Origin: Giardia intestinalis
Taxonomy: Eukaryota
NCBI GenBank assembly: GCA_000002435.2
Contig: CM018792.1
Strand: one strand, 5' to 3'
Length of the DNA: 64,000 bases
Shown here: piece after piece, positions 37,145 to 48,007 of the stretch
Layout: each line of letters starts with the position of its first letter
Numbering within the stretch: the first letter of the stretch is position 1
Made by a program: the position numbers and the translations under genes
Notes under the pieces: generated by a model
Seen by the model: the letters and a program-made list of their open reading frames with translations, nothing else
What the model was told of the DNA's origin: nothing
Databases searched by the model: none

Positions 37145-38536
37145 TTATTGGGAGGCCTGAACACGGGAAGCCAGGAGGATCCTCTTCTCCCGCTTTTCAA
37201 CCACTACTATTTCTCCACTATCGGTGCGTCCTACCTCACGAGTATAATCTTCGGTGATGGCGTTAGGGTTTTCGTGAGGAGCACATACATCTATCATTAG
37301 TGCTGTAAATGCGCTCTTGCTCCATCGCTGTTGGATATCGAGCAGTTCAAATGCCCTGTTAAGCGGATTGCTACTCAAATGGGAACGCTCTATGTACATA
37401 AACTGAGACTCAACTGAAAGATTGCGCTCTGGTGCCATCCAGCAGGCTGATGTGTCAACGCTCCTTAGGTCCCGTAAACTCCTTGGGGCCAGAAGATCCA
37501 CATAAGCTATAATGGGCAATGAAAATATCTCGCTGACCTTTTGCGCTAGCTGCTCTCCCAGCATTGCCTCTTCCATGTAAGCCAAAAGGAAGTCGTGAGG
37601 AAGAGATATCTCACCCACCTTGGAAACAATAGCTTTAAGTGTGAATTCAATTACGTGAATACCTGCTTTGGTCATGTGTATCCCGGACTGAGTGATAAAG
37701 GAGAGTACAATGCTTGCAAGTATCTGCCTGGAACTCAAGCGTATTGCAGTTTGAGGGCTTAAATGTAGACTCGTTGGGTCAGAGACAAACCCAGCCAATT
37801 TCTCCAGTGACAGTATACACCCATCGATGGCATTAGAAAGAGATATTATTGCGTGGGCAGCTACTCCCCAGGAGACCCCTGGAAGAACGCGCTGTATGAT
37901 GTCTACCAGAGCAGCTAGTGGTATTGATGGAGTGCACCAGGATAAAGTGCTTTGATCTGCTCCAAGACCACTCGGATCGCCTCCTAGAAATATGGCCAGT
38001 ATCTCGGCAACTTTACCGGTATGGAAGCGGGCAAGAGGATACTCCCCATTGGCAGCAAATAGGCAACGCTCTGAATTAGCGTCTAGATCACACGGAAGCA
38101 TAGCAAGGGATGCCAAGTAGGTACAGACATCTCTCTTTGTGCCAATATAATTAGATTCTGAAAGAAGCCTAGATAGATAGATGGGCGCAACAATGTTGCT
38201 TCCCAACTTTTGGGCGACGCAGCGCCTCAGAATACTGTTCACAATTGGTGGGCACGGGTCTAATTCAACAACTGACCCAAATACACACAGAACACCGTAT
38301 GTCTGTGATGATTCCGAGGCTTCACTGGGGGATGTTATAAGGAATCGTGTATTACTGCTGTCACGAGCAAGAAGCTTGTATATATGTGTGTCTGTGATGT
38401 AGTATGCCTGTGAGCCCTCAGACATTGCGACAACTTGACCGTTGCATTCATTTTCTAAATCAGATGGGAGCTGCATAACAATGTACTCTGTTGAGGTATA
38501 CTCCAGAGTGCTTGGAGCATGGATGAGACAGGTCAT
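37145..38536 (-). CDS. DCC1 (Ctf18-RFC sister-chromatid-cohesion subunit)-like protein
   Basis: The track start is GTG, and the first ATG is at 38536. The N-terminal pattern (..QLP..L......G......A.YIT...IYKL....SSN..LI) and the C-terminal 'QRWSKSAFTALMIDVC' resemble DSCC1 as I remember it. Confidence 0.45.
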   Translation of the reverse strand: MTCLIHAPSTLEYTSTEYIVMQLPSDLENECNGQVVAMSEGSQAYYITDTHIYKLLARDSSNTRFLITSPSEASESSQTYGVLCVFGSVVELDPCPPIVNSILRRCVAQKLGSNIVAPIYLSRLLSESNYIGTKRDVCTYLASLAMLPCDLDANSERCLFAANGEYPLARFHTGKVAEILAIFLGGDPSGLGADQSTLSWCTPSIPLAALVDIIQRVLPGVSWGVAAHAIISLSNAIDGCILSLEKLAGFVSDPTSLHLSPQTAIRLSSRQILASIVLSFITQSGIHMTKAGIHVIEFTLKAIVSKVGEISLPHDFLLAYMEEAMLGEQLAQKVSEIFSLPIIAYVDLLAPRSLRDLRSVDTSACWMAPERNLSVESQFMYIERSHLSSNPLNRAFELLDIQQRWSKSAFTALMIDVCAPHENPNAITEDYTREVGRTDSGEIVVVEKREKRILLASRVQASQ

Positions 38537-39575
38537 ACACCCAGTACCAATCAGACTACTGCAGGACACTAGTGGTATAGATGGTAGGCCGACCGGCTAG
38601 AGAACGATGCCCTGGAAATTATTAGCAAGGGCACGTGCTTGATGGTTAACATTTCAAATGCTTTTAGATGGTCACTAAGGACTGGGCGTACCATAGACTA
38701 CATCAGCCCACGACCAAAGTAGTTCCTAAGGTAATGTTGCGTAACATTATGGCAAAGACGTTGGCAAGTGTAACACAATTTACTCTAATTGAAAGCAGAG
38801 CTCGCTATCGTGTTGCGTATCGTTACATGGCTATAGCAATTTTCTGTGGCAAGCGAAGTGCAGCAGGGATAGAGCCTACAACCTGATCCACAACACCTTT
38901 CTACATAGAGAAAACAATCGGTTAGCATGACCGCAAGCGGGTCACTGCCCTTCATTATGATTCTCTGCCAGGTGATACTGCTCATATTCAAAAACGAGAA
39001 CCCCTGACAGTAGCTCTAAAAGATCAATAAGCATTTGTTCTTTGTCCGGTCCCTCCTATCTATCTCTGCTTGTGTACTGCTCTAATCTCCACTTATCCTT
39101 TCACTATTCTGGCAGTAACGATACTAATAAGGATGATTTTCGCTTTTCTCAATAATTACTTTCAATCTAAGCTCCAGAAACAATGACGCTGGCTCAAAGG
39201 ATTTAGTGGAATGTTGTGAATGCGAAATAGAAAGGATATAGCTACTCCTATGCACGGACCTTGGGAGGAGACGTTACCATAACACAATGCTGGCGGTCCT
39301 GACAAGCGAGCAAATGAAAATTAATGCCAATACGTATCTGGTGCCGCTGCCTCCTAGACTAAGTGATAAAAAGAATAAGACGAATGCTCATATGTTTGAG
39401 CTGTCATAACATAGTCACAAATGGGTTTACAAAATGTCGACCCTCGCCTTCCCTATAACGGATGTGATACTGTGGTGAGCACAGAAGTATATCCGTGCCG
39501 CTGTTCGAGTCACCGTCATACATTTTTACTGTCACCACACTTTAACCTTTGAAGCTTTGTCTGCGTCTCAAAAAA

Positions 39576-41075
39576 ATGTCTATGCTTTCCTCTCTACTTG
39601 TTGGCCTATGGGCGCTCCAGTGCCCACAGGGCATGACAAGCCACGCTGACCGGTGTGTACCACAGTCGTGTATCAACAATAAGACAGTTTGTGGGGCCCA
39701 TGGGGTCTGTGACAAACACGGCATCTGTAGGTACAAAGACAGGCAAGCCGTTCCACGTGTCGTGAAGGAGCCCCAAGAGTGCATGGACGGCGAGCTCCTC
39801 TGCAATGGCCGCGGGCAGTGCGTGCAGCAGCCCGGTGGAAGCTATCAATGCAAGTGTGAGAACGGCTTTTCCCCCTTCGGCTCATCATCGCATTGTGTTC
39901 CAGATATATGCATAACCGGCGACAAATTATGTAGTGGCAGAGGAGAGTGTGTGGACGACCGCGAAGCCGATGAGCAGCGATGCAGCTGTGTAGAGCTAGT
40001 GACTGGGAACCAGTGCGAATCGTGCGACCAGGACGGCGTTGACGTAGATGGGAAATGCGTTTATAGAGAATGCGTGGTGACGTATCCGGATGGAACCATA
40101 GGTGAATGCAATGGGATCGGCGTCTGTGGAAAGCTCGATGGCCGCTATCAATGTATCTGCAGTCAGCTGGACTCATATACAATCGATCGCTTCACGTGCC
40201 TGGCCTATGCTTGCTTAGCAAGTGATCTGACAAAAGGAGTGTGTTATCGTCATGGCTTCTGTAAGGGGGGAAAGTGTATTTGCGACGAGGGGCACAGTGG
40301 ACACCTTTGCGAGATCACCAGTGTGGGCTGCGACGAAGGAGAGACGCAGGTCGGAGAGCGATGCTACCCGACAGGCTGCATCAGTGAAATAGGTGAGACA
40401 TCTCCTGTCTTATGTAACGCTGCTGGACACTGCAATTACAAAACAGGCGTCTGCGAATGTTCTATAGCGTACGTTGGCAGTCTCTGCACGGAGTGCGCAG
40501 ATACGGCAATACTGTTCAACGGAGCTTGTGTCGACAAAGCATGCGTCACAGATGAGCCAGATGGGAGCATCAGCGTCTGTAACGGTCATGGAAAGTGCAT
40601 AGAAGGCCTCGAGGACTCCGTGAAATGTCTTTGCGATCAGGATTATCGCACGATTGGCACACTGCTCTGTTATCCTTCTTCTTGCGTCAGGTTCAACGTT
40701 CTCTGCAACAATCGTGGAACCTGTATAGATAAGGAATGTGTCTGCGATGATGATTTCTATGGTGACTATTGTGAGTTTTCTAAGTCATGCCCCGCTGGCC
40801 ATCAGCTTGTCCTCGGCTACTGTGTGCCAAATGTCTGCGTGACTACTTATTCGGATGGCTCCAAGACCGTCTGCGGAGGCTACGGACACTGTGTCGAGAA
40901 GGAAGGCGGCCACACCTGCGAGTGCATTAAGGACGGCCGCTTCATCAACGGCGCTTGCGTCAGTGACGCCTGTATCACTAACAAGATGTACGACGTAGTA
41001 TGCTCGAATAATGGTCAGTGCAAGGGAGGGGTGTGTTTTTGCAAATACGACAACCCGTCGCCAACCTGCTCGTAG
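39576..41075 (+). CDS. secreted cysteine-rich EGF-like repeat protein (high-cysteine non-variant type; no C-terminal TM)
   Basis: The track start is TTG. The ATG at 39576 follows 'tctcaaaaaa'. The signal peptide is MSMLSSLLVGLWALQC, followed by many repeats of the form C..NG.C....C.C. Confidence 0.8.
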   Translation: MSMLSSLLVGLWALQCPQGMTSHADRCVPQSCINNKTVCGAHGVCDKHGICRYKDRQAVPRVVKEPQECMDGELLCNGRGQCVQQPGGSYQCKCENGFSPFGSSSHCVPDICITGDKLCSGRGECVDDREADEQRCSCVELVTGNQCESCDQDGVDVDGKCVYRECVVTYPDGTIGECNGIGVCGKLDGRYQCICSQLDSYTIDRFTCLAYACLASDLTKGVCYRHGFCKGGKCICDEGHSGHLCEITSVGCDEGETQVGERCYPTGCISEIGETSPVLCNAAGHCNYKTGVCECSIAYVGSLCTECADTAILFNGACVDKACVTDEPDGSISVCNGHGKCIEGLEDSVKCLCDQDYRTIGTLLCYPSSCVRFNVLCNNRGTCIDKECVCDDDFYGDYCEFSKSCPAGHQLVLGYCVPNVCVTTYSDGSKTVCGGYGHCVEKEGGHTCECIKDGRFINGACVSDACITNKMYDVVCSNNGQCKGGVCFCKYDNPSPTCS

Positions 41076-41297
41076 CTTGCGTTGTTCTCATCTTTGGAAT
41101 TATTCTTTCTTACAGCGAATCCTTACCACTTTGTAACAAGCGCAATCCAAATTAATGTAAATTTGATAGGAAGAAAATAATTGACCGTTGACTAGCTTGT
41201 TAAGACGCCGCAGTTTTGCTATGGGGTGCGTGGTGGACTTAGTTATGAAGGGCAGTGCATCGTACAAGAGCCCGGTGAGACAGTTAGTTAAAAAATA

Positions 41298-42500
41298 ATG
41301 AACATCACCAACACAACGAAGACGTCTATATACCGCAGAACCGGCTTGAAAAAGCCTAAGGTTCTCTGCATCTACACCGGAGGTACCATAGGAATGAAGA
41401 AGGACAGCAGTGGTTCGTATACTCCTGTTCCAGGGTATCTACGGGAAGTGACAGATAGAACTCCGAACTTTAAGGACCCAGAAATGCCCCTCTTTGAGAT
41501 ACTCGAATACTCCACGCTAATTGACTCCTCCAACGTGAAGCCTCAAGATTGGCTCAACATTTGTCAGGACATCGAGGCCAACTACGCTGCTTATGACGGC
41601 TTCGTTGTAATTCACGGAACGGACACCTTGTCGTTCACTGCCTCGGCACTGTCATTCTTCCTACGGAATCTCAGCAAGCACGTTGTGCTGACTGGTGCAC
41701 AAATACCCCTTTCGGAGCTCTACAACGATGGGCTATTCAATCTTATAGGGGCTATATACATGGCCGGGTGGTACGAAATTCCTGAGGTTACGCTCTTCTT
41801 TGCAGGCAAGCTCTACCGTGGCAACCGCACGCAAAAGTACTCGTCGTGGGAGCTGACGGCCTTCGACTCTGCGTGCTTCCCTTGTCTGGCCCAGTGGGGC
41901 GCGACCATATCTGTACACGATGAATTCGTCATGTATCACAAGGAGTTCCTCGACCTTAAGGAGAACAGCAAAAGCAAGCACATAGGTTCGCTCGAGCAGA
42001 CAGAGTCGCTGGAGCTCATGGCAGACGATAAGCCCATGGACATCATGACCCACCCAAATGAGGCCCTGATTATCCCAACTAAGGTGTGCAACGACGTGGT
42101 GATGATTTACCTCTATCCAGGGATCAGCGGGCAAGACATCCTCGCGGCTGCAGCAAGCAAGCGTGGCGTTATTCTTCTTGCATACGGTGCGGGCAACGGG
42201 CCGACAGACGACAAGCACTTTGTATCTGCGATCAAGCTCCTTAAGTCTAAGAACGTTGTGGTCATTGGGGTCACGCAGACACACTGGGGCTTGGTGGATC
42301 TCGGGATGTACTCGGCGGGCTTGGGTCGTGCAGGCGCCATCTCGGGCTTCACTATGACACCATCAGCAGCATACACGAAGCTCGTGTACCTGCTCTCCAT
42401 CGGCTGTAGCTCGCTAGAAGAGATTGAAACGGCTATGTGTACAGACATCCGCGGGGAAATCGAGACCTTCCAGGCATCGACCGCGAGAAGTAACTACTAG
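41298..42500 (+). CDS. L-asparaginase (type I / cytosolic class)
   Basis: Catalytic motifs TGGTIGM and IHGTDTLSFTA. ATG preceded by 'ttaaaaaata'. Confidence 0.85.
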   Translation: MNITNTTKTSIYRRTGLKKPKVLCIYTGGTIGMKKDSSGSYTPVPGYLREVTDRTPNFKDPEMPLFEILEYSTLIDSSNVKPQDWLNICQDIEANYAAYDGFVVIHGTDTLSFTASALSFFLRNLSKHVVLTGAQIPLSELYNDGLFNLIGAIYMAGWYEIPEVTLFFAGKLYRGNRTQKYSSWELTAFDSACFPCLAQWGATISVHDEFVMYHKEFLDLKENSKSKHIGSLEQTESLELMADDKPMDIMTHPNEALIIPTKVCNDVVMIYLYPGISGQDILAAAASKRGVILLAYGAGNGPTDDKHFVSAIKLLKSKNVVVIGVTQTHWGLVDLGMYSAGLGRAGAISGFTMTPSAAYTKLVYLLSIGCSSLEEIETAMCTDIRGEIETFQASTARSNY

Positions 42501-42656
42501 TCTCTTTCCGCAGACATATCTAGACGTTTGTAAATCTAATAGGCCAGTGTTCAGCAAAGCATATGGCCTGCCGATTGGTGCGCTGGAAATGTTTATAAAA
42601 AGGATTCAATTTAGAATCTGAATTGTCCCTGCAAAAAACGGGTCCTCCGAAGCGTG

Positions 42657-42977
42657 ATGGGTATTGTATATGAGCATACGATCCGCCTCAACAAGGCAGT
42701 TCGGGGGAAGCCGAGTAAGAAGGCTGCGCCTATCGCCATCCGCGCCATCCGCGCACAGGTTGAGAAGCTTGCAAAGGTAGAGGACGTTCGCCTTGACCCT
42801 TCTGTCAACGTCTTTGTTTGGTCGCGAGGCATTCGCCACGTTCCTCGTAGGATCCGTCTCGAGGTGAGGCTGGAGGGAGACGACGAGCATAAGTTCGCCT
42901 ACGTCATCAACAAGGACGTGGAGAACTTTAAGCACCTCACTACAGAGAAGAAGGGCAGCGAAGACGGCAGCGAGTAA
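42657..42977 (+). CDS. RPL31: 60S ribosomal protein L31 (eL31)
   Basis: The track start is GTG, with the ATG at 42657. The eL31 pattern is present: YTI.L.K...G...KK.AP.AI..IR....K......VRLD..VN..VW..GIR.VP.RIR. Confidence 0.9.
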   Translation: MGIVYEHTIRLNKAVRGKPSKKAAPIAIRAIRAQVEKLAKVEDVRLDPSVNVFVWSRGIRHVPRRIRLEVRLEGDDEHKFAYVINKDVENFKHLTTEKKGSEDGSE

Positions 42978-42995
42978 ACTTGTGCACGCTCGCAT

Positions 42996-45900
42996 TTACA
43001 TATGCTTTTTTGCCGTAAGTGGGTCGTCCTCGGCAGGCGCCGTCTCGACTGGTATCAACACAGGCTCGATCATGGGCTCGGTCAGGGGGCCACTTACATC
43101 CGGTGAGACGTGCTCAAAGTCGGGGCAGGTGCCTGGTACGATGGTAGGAGACGCTTGACGCCTCTCTCCGTACATCAAATCGGATATAGAGAGCTTCCCA
43201 GGGGTGCGGGTCACCGTTCTCGGATTTGGATCCATCTTGGGGGCATTCAGAACTGATATTTGGAGCGATTGCCCACAGTTCAACGAGCCAGCGGACTTTG
43301 GAATGACTGCACTGAGAAAGCTGGGATCATTGGGTTCTTGGATCTGCGTTGTGCTCTGTCGAAATAGTTTGGAAACCTGTCTCCTTGCTCGCGGGCTTCC
43401 CCCAGACGCATCTGTATTTAGCTCCAGATCAGTGTAGACGGCATCCACAGCTGCCTTTAGAAGCGGAATAGAGACAACACTCTCCATAGCTTTGTCGCTA
43501 TTGACTGTTGCTAGCTGCCTTTCTATTCGCTTTGTATAGGTCTCTAAGCATGCGATATGCTTCTGCCGAATGTTCTTAAGGGCCACAGCGGCAGCCTCCT
43601 GTGTCTGTGAGTCCGTGCTTCCAATCAAGGTCAGCAATCCATAAATACCGCCGTTCTGTCTGAAGAGAATAGCACACTTCTTGTTCTTAGAAAGCTCTGC
43701 AATACAAACAGCAGCTGCCCTGTTGGTGATAATGTAGGGATTATCTGTGGCCTGCGGATCTTTATCAACAGGTGCATTTACGTCAAGGACACTAGATGCT
43801 TCCTTGAAGTTGACATAAGACCCATACTGGTTGGGGCATTCAATAACTGGCCCGCCGACGACAGTGGTTTCAGCTTGAGAGATGGGGTCGAAAATAGAAG
43901 TGCCGTCTGTTGCTGTTATGAAGCGTACAATGGAAGGTATTGTCCCGAGAGTTGCAATTTCGTTCTTGTTAGGTTCTATCTTGGAGAGAGATGCTAGTGC
44001 CAGAGCACACTTTTCACGCACCAGCTGGAAAGCGTGAAAAGCATAAGGATGGTCTACCTTCGCGTCAGACACAGAGTACTGCCGTGTTAAGTCACAGATA
44101 ACAGGTAACACACCATACTCTGTCAATATCTTCGCATTCTCCTCGTCTCGGCAAAGTTCTGCAACTATTCCTGTCAACCAACCCTTACATTCTAATGTCA
44201 GGTACTTACGATATGTATTGTCTGTAATTGAGTCTGTTGAATTCTCGAGGACTGTTGGGCACTTAAGAAGTAAGCTTAGCTGCTCTAGAGACCCATTGAT
44301 TTGCCGACCAACCACCTGAGCACGACTTTTATCATAGAGCAAAGGCACTAACGCACGAGCTACAGCTGTCACTACAAGAAGATTTGGATGCTTGATAAGG
44401 GACCAGAGCTTTTTCAAGCCATCTTGAGCCGTTATCTGTTTGCACGTTTCTGGGTCTCCCTCGGCGCCAGTTCCTAGCGCAAAGCATGTTGCAGTTATAA
44501 CTTCTGGATCAGCGACATTGATGTGCATAAGTAACGCATTGAAAAGCTGTTTGCTGGCCCTAAATGCAGCGCGACCCTCCTTGGATGATAGAAGAGGGAC
44601 GAGAGCACGGGTTGCGCTGAGAACCAAGAGTCTCTTTTGCTTTGCAAGGGAAACTTGTATTTGGTCCTTTTCATCAGCACTAGCTGTCACAATCAGATTT
44701 GCCGATGGATTTTCGCTGACGCCTAGAACATCTAGGCTCACTTCTATGTGTGCTGCTAGGTTAGTAATGGACTTGTAGCGCACTAAAGCTAGGATGTTTT
44801 CATCGTTGCGTGCATTAAAACTAAGATACCCGTTATGAACACCATAGACCATTGAATCATCATAGCTGCCAAAATATGGTCCACTACGACAGACCAGCAC
44901 AATCGTTTTGCACGCAGATAAAAGGGTATCAACATCTTGGGATAATAAAAGTGAACTGAGCACGGCAAGACCACCAGCTTTTCGTACAGCCGAGTCTACA
45001 CCGGGATCTTGGGCGCAATTCGCTAAAATGGCAACAGAGCGCTGCCTCACACGTGCACTTTGTGTTTTTTGCAGAAGGGAGCACACCTTAGGGATACCGC
45101 CAAAGTGATGTATGTCTTGACGGCCTGCTTTAGATTGAGAAAGGGTCCTGAGAGTAGTGGTTACTGTTTCAAAGAGAAAATCTGGAGGGTTGCCTTCCTT
45201 AACAGCGTCTCCAGTCAATTGTGACATATCGTCAGTGATGGGAAACGTAAGGGGCATCTCCGAAATGATCTGAACCAAGACGCTGATGCCATTTTCCAGT
45301 CTGAAGGCCTCTCTACACTTTGCAGACCCCATTAGTGAATCTAGCACGGATGCTGTTGCATATAGGATAGAGCCTGCCTCAGGAGATGGTTTTGCTTGGT
45401 AGTCTTTCATCGCTTGACGCAGCAATCCAATAATTATAGGGACGGCCCCTATTTTCCGTGCAGTGCGTCGACACTCGGCGTTTAGAAGACAGCCAGCTAT
45501 CATTCGAAGGGCTCTCGCCTTTATTCCAGCAACAAAGGGTATCTGGGACGAAAACTGTGCTCGAACGACAGACAAGCCAATCTTCAAACCGTCATTATCA
45601 ATGATCATCTTCCGTGAGTCATGTGTGAGGTCGGCTAAGGAAGCTAGAATGAAGAGACTTTCATAAGCCAACTTTGGATCGCTCCTGATAAGAGTGTCTT
45701 GGGTCGCCCCGTCCTCCGCTGGCTTAATAGGATACAGAGATACTGTCGAGACAACGCGGAGCAGTGAAGAAATGCCTCCAGCGGTCAGGAAGAGCTGGCG
45801 AGTCTTGAGAACCGTAAAATCAGTCGACTTAAGCGTGGCAACGGCCAAGATTGCTTGCAATCCACTATTATCGTTTATTGCCTGAACCATCCGGACAAAG

Positions 45901-46223
45901 AGATTGCTTGAACTGGGAGCCACAGAGGGGGTTCCATGCCGCCCATCGTCGATTTGTGCCTTTGGACAACCCTCGCAGTCTTGGTCATCCAGGGATACAG
46001 AGTTCATTGAGATATCATCATCGTCTGATATCTCTGGGAATGCCTCTGTAGTAATAATCTCATCACGACCCTTTTGAGATCTGTGCTGCGAATATGCCAG
46101 CGAAGACTTAGACAGGCCCACACCACGGGACGCATTCAGCATACCAATGTTTTGGCTTCTTGCTCGGAAAATTCCGCCCAACGGAGTAGAGCCATAGAAA
46201 TCCGTTGCCTCCTTTGTGGCCAT
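42996..46223 (-). CDS. armadillo/HEAT-type helical-repeat protein (~1075 aa)
   Basis: The track start is GTG. The ATG at 46223 follows 'agttttaaaa'. It contains repeated ~40-aa helical units with an ARM-like character. Confidence 0.6.
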   Translation of the reverse strand: MATKEATDFYGSTPLGGIFRARSQNIGMLNASRGVGLSKSSLAYSQHRSQKGRDEIITTEAFPEISDDDDISMNSVSLDDQDCEGCPKAQIDDGRHGTPSVAPSSSNLFVRMVQAINDNSGLQAILAVATLKSTDFTVLKTRQLFLTAGGISSLLRVVSTVSLYPIKPAEDGATQDTLIRSDPKLAYESLFILASLADLTHDSRKMIIDNDGLKIGLSVVRAQFSSQIPFVAGIKARALRMIAGCLLNAECRRTARKIGAVPIIIGLLRQAMKDYQAKPSPEAGSILYATASVLDSLMGSAKCREAFRLENGISVLVQIISEMPLTFPITDDMSQLTGDAVKEGNPPDFLFETVTTTLRTLSQSKAGRQDIHHFGGIPKVCSLLQKTQSARVRQRSVAILANCAQDPGVDSAVRKAGGLAVLSSLLLSQDVDTLLSACKTIVLVCRSGPYFGSYDDSMVYGVHNGYLSFNARNDENILALVRYKSITNLAAHIEVSLDVLGVSENPSANLIVTASADEKDQIQVSLAKQKRLLVLSATRALVPLLSSKEGRAAFRASKQLFNALLMHINVADPEVITATCFALGTGAEGDPETCKQITAQDGLKKLWSLIKHPNLLVVTAVARALVPLLYDKSRAQVVGRQINGSLEQLSLLLKCPTVLENSTDSITDNTYRKYLTLECKGWLTGIVAELCRDEENAKILTEYGVLPVICDLTRQYSVSDAKVDHPYAFHAFQLVREKCALALASLSKIEPNKNEIATLGTIPSIVRFITATDGTSIFDPISQAETTVVGGPVIECPNQYGSYVNFKEASSVLDVNAPVDKDPQATDNPYIITNRAAAVCIAELSKNKKCAILFRQNGGIYGLLTLIGSTDSQTQEAAAVALKNIRQKHIACLETYTKRIERQLATVNSDKAMESVVSIPLLKAAVDAVYTDLELNTDASGGSPRARRQVSKLFRQSTTQIQEPNDPSFLSAVIPKSAGSLNCGQSLQISVLNAPKMDPNPRTVTRTPGKLSISDLMYGERRQASPTIVPGTCPDFEHVSPDVSGPLTEPMIEPVLIPVETAPAEDDPLTAKKHM

Positions 46224-46312
46224 TTTTAAAACTTGGGGCAGAATCTGGGGAGGAATCCCAAAGGGAGGTCTCACAACTCACCGGTTTACTCTGGGTAGTC
46301 TGACAGAAAACC

Positions 46313-46738
46313 TTACGCTAGCCCCATCTTAGAGGCGACGTCCATGGCCTGCACGTCCGGGGCCAGTCTGATAAACGCCTTCTTAAGTCCGAGGGGAGTA
46401 ATGAGGGTGTTCACGCGGGCAACCTTGGTCTCAAAAACGGTCTCGAAGGCCTTCCTGATCTCGGGCTTTGATGCCCTCCTGTCCACGATAAATACTATGG
46501 TGTTGTTCTTCTCGATCTGGGTTGTATTCTCATCTGTCTTAATCGGGTAGCGAAGAAGGTCACACGGATCATCCCAAGACCCCTTCTTGATCGGGTTGCG
46601 GGGATAAAGAGGTGCCTTCTTGTGAACCAGGGTCTTGGGGCGGAAGAAGTGAACATTGGTCCTTATCTTCTTCGCCTCGACCCGCGTGCCGTGCAAGATC
46701 GCCTTTTGGGCCTTCAGTGCCTGCGCCTTCTCGGACAT
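46313..46738 (-). CDS. RPL23A: 60S ribosomal protein L23a (uL23)
   Basis: KKIRTNVHFFRPKTL...YPR, IKTDENT..IE.NNT.VF.VD..A.K..I and ..V.TL..P.G.KKA...L. Confidence 0.9.
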   Translation of the reverse strand: MSEKAQALKAQKAILHGTRVEAKKIRTNVHFFRPKTLVHKKAPLYPRNPIKKGSWDDPCDLLRYPIKTDENTTQIEKNNTIVFIVDRRASKPEIRKAFETVFETKVARVNTLITPLGLKKAFIRLAPDVQAMDVASKMGLA

Positions 46739-46796
46739 GTCTCGCCGGCACGAGATATTAGACGGCGAAATTTCAATTTAAAATAGAATCGCCAAG

Positions 46797-47099
46797 ATGC
46801 AGGGAAGCATGCCATCCTCCTCCGAAGACGTCACAACCTTGTGCTACCGTGTCACAGGTAAGGTCCAGGGGGTCTTCTTTAGAAAGTATACCAAGAAGGA
46901 GGCCGACGCGCTCTCCCTTGTGGGATACGTCACGAACAATGAAGACGGAAGTGTCTCTGGCGTAGTGCAAGGCCCTAAAGAGCAGGTAGACGCATTTGTT
47001 AAGTATTTACATAAAGGAAGCCCGAAATCCGTCGTCAAGAAGGTGAGCATACACGCTTCTTCCCGTGTAGATGCAGATGGGTTTGAGATACGGCGCTGA
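46797..47099 (+). CDS. acylphosphatase
   Basis: V.GKVQGVFFRKYT...A..L.L.GYV.N..DGSV.G..QG signature in a 100-aa protein. Confidence 0.85.
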   Translation: MQGSMPSSSEDVTTLCYRVTGKVQGVFFRKYTKKEADALSLVGYVTNNEDGSVSGVVQGPKEQVDAFVKYLHKGSPKSVVKKVSIHASSRVDADGFEIRR

Positions 47100-47133
47100 T
47101 CTGGTGTGGAGACCTCCTAACACAACATGCGTG

Positions 47134-47808
47134 TCAAAGGATGGTCAGGACAAAGAGGAGAACAGGCTGCATAATCGCCCAAAGAAGCACGAACCAATTC
47201 TGAATCGAGATCTGGCGTCTACTGAGATATAGCTCCGACTGAGTAGCCTTTATACAGCCAATTCCGTAAAGAGCCAGGTGAACCCCGAGGGCAACGCCCA
47301 ACCAGACTAGAGCTATATAGTACAGCACCCGATTGAATATTGAGATAAATGACGCTATCACTGAAACGAATACTTTGTAGCAGGAAAGTGCTATTAGCTC
47401 CAGTTTGGGCACCTTAAGGCTTACACTAGAGGAAATGCCGATTACCACGAGTGCTTCCAAGCCAACAATTATAGCTGCAAGTATAACATTCCGTGTAAAT
47501 AGAGCAGGCCTGAAGCCTCCAGTGGAGAGAATCTCTGTGAATGCCATTATGACACCGTATGCGGCATGTCCCACCAGTGGCATGTAAAGGTCCAACGGTA
47601 GGTTTGTCGATCGCTCATTGAACCGCACGTAGGGAAACATCAAAAGGCCAAGACGCTTAAGGAAGGTGGAGGTCGTTATATTGAAGTATGGTCGCAGGCT
47701 CCGCCCCAACACACCCTGCTGTTCTTGTGCAAACTTAATAGCAGGCGCAGCTTGAGGAAGCGTAGCGCCTCCCAGCTTAGCCAACTGTGCCGGGTTGAAC
47801 AAGTTCAT
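47134..47808 (-). CDS. Yip1/YIF1-family Golgi membrane protein
   Basis: 224 aa. The N-terminal region 'LRPYFNITTSTFLKRLGLLMFPY' is followed by about 5 hydrophobic spans, as in YIF1. Confidence 0.6.
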   Translation of the reverse strand: MNLFNPAQLAKLGGATLPQAAPAIKFAQEQQGVLGRSLRPYFNITTSTFLKRLGLLMFPYVRFNERSTNLPLDLYMPLVGHAAYGVIMAFTEILSTGGFRPALFTRNVILAAIIVGLEALVVIGISSSVSLKVPKLELIALSCYKVFVSVIASFISIFNRVLYYIALVWLGVALGVHLALYGIGCIKATQSELYLSRRQISIQNWFVLLWAIMQPVLLFVLTIL

Positions 47809-48007
47809 GATCCTGTTGAGTTTTTAATGAATCATCCTACATCCAAACCTCCACCTATTTGCATACGACGATTACTGGAAGGCTTGCTGGTTTTTAAAAA
47901 CATGGATTGTTCTTAAGGTGCTCTCCCTGCGTCTTTCCCTGACTCTTGCCAGCTCAGCTAGCAAAATTGGACAAGAAAATTAATTAAATTCTGCCCGATC
48001 CCGATCT

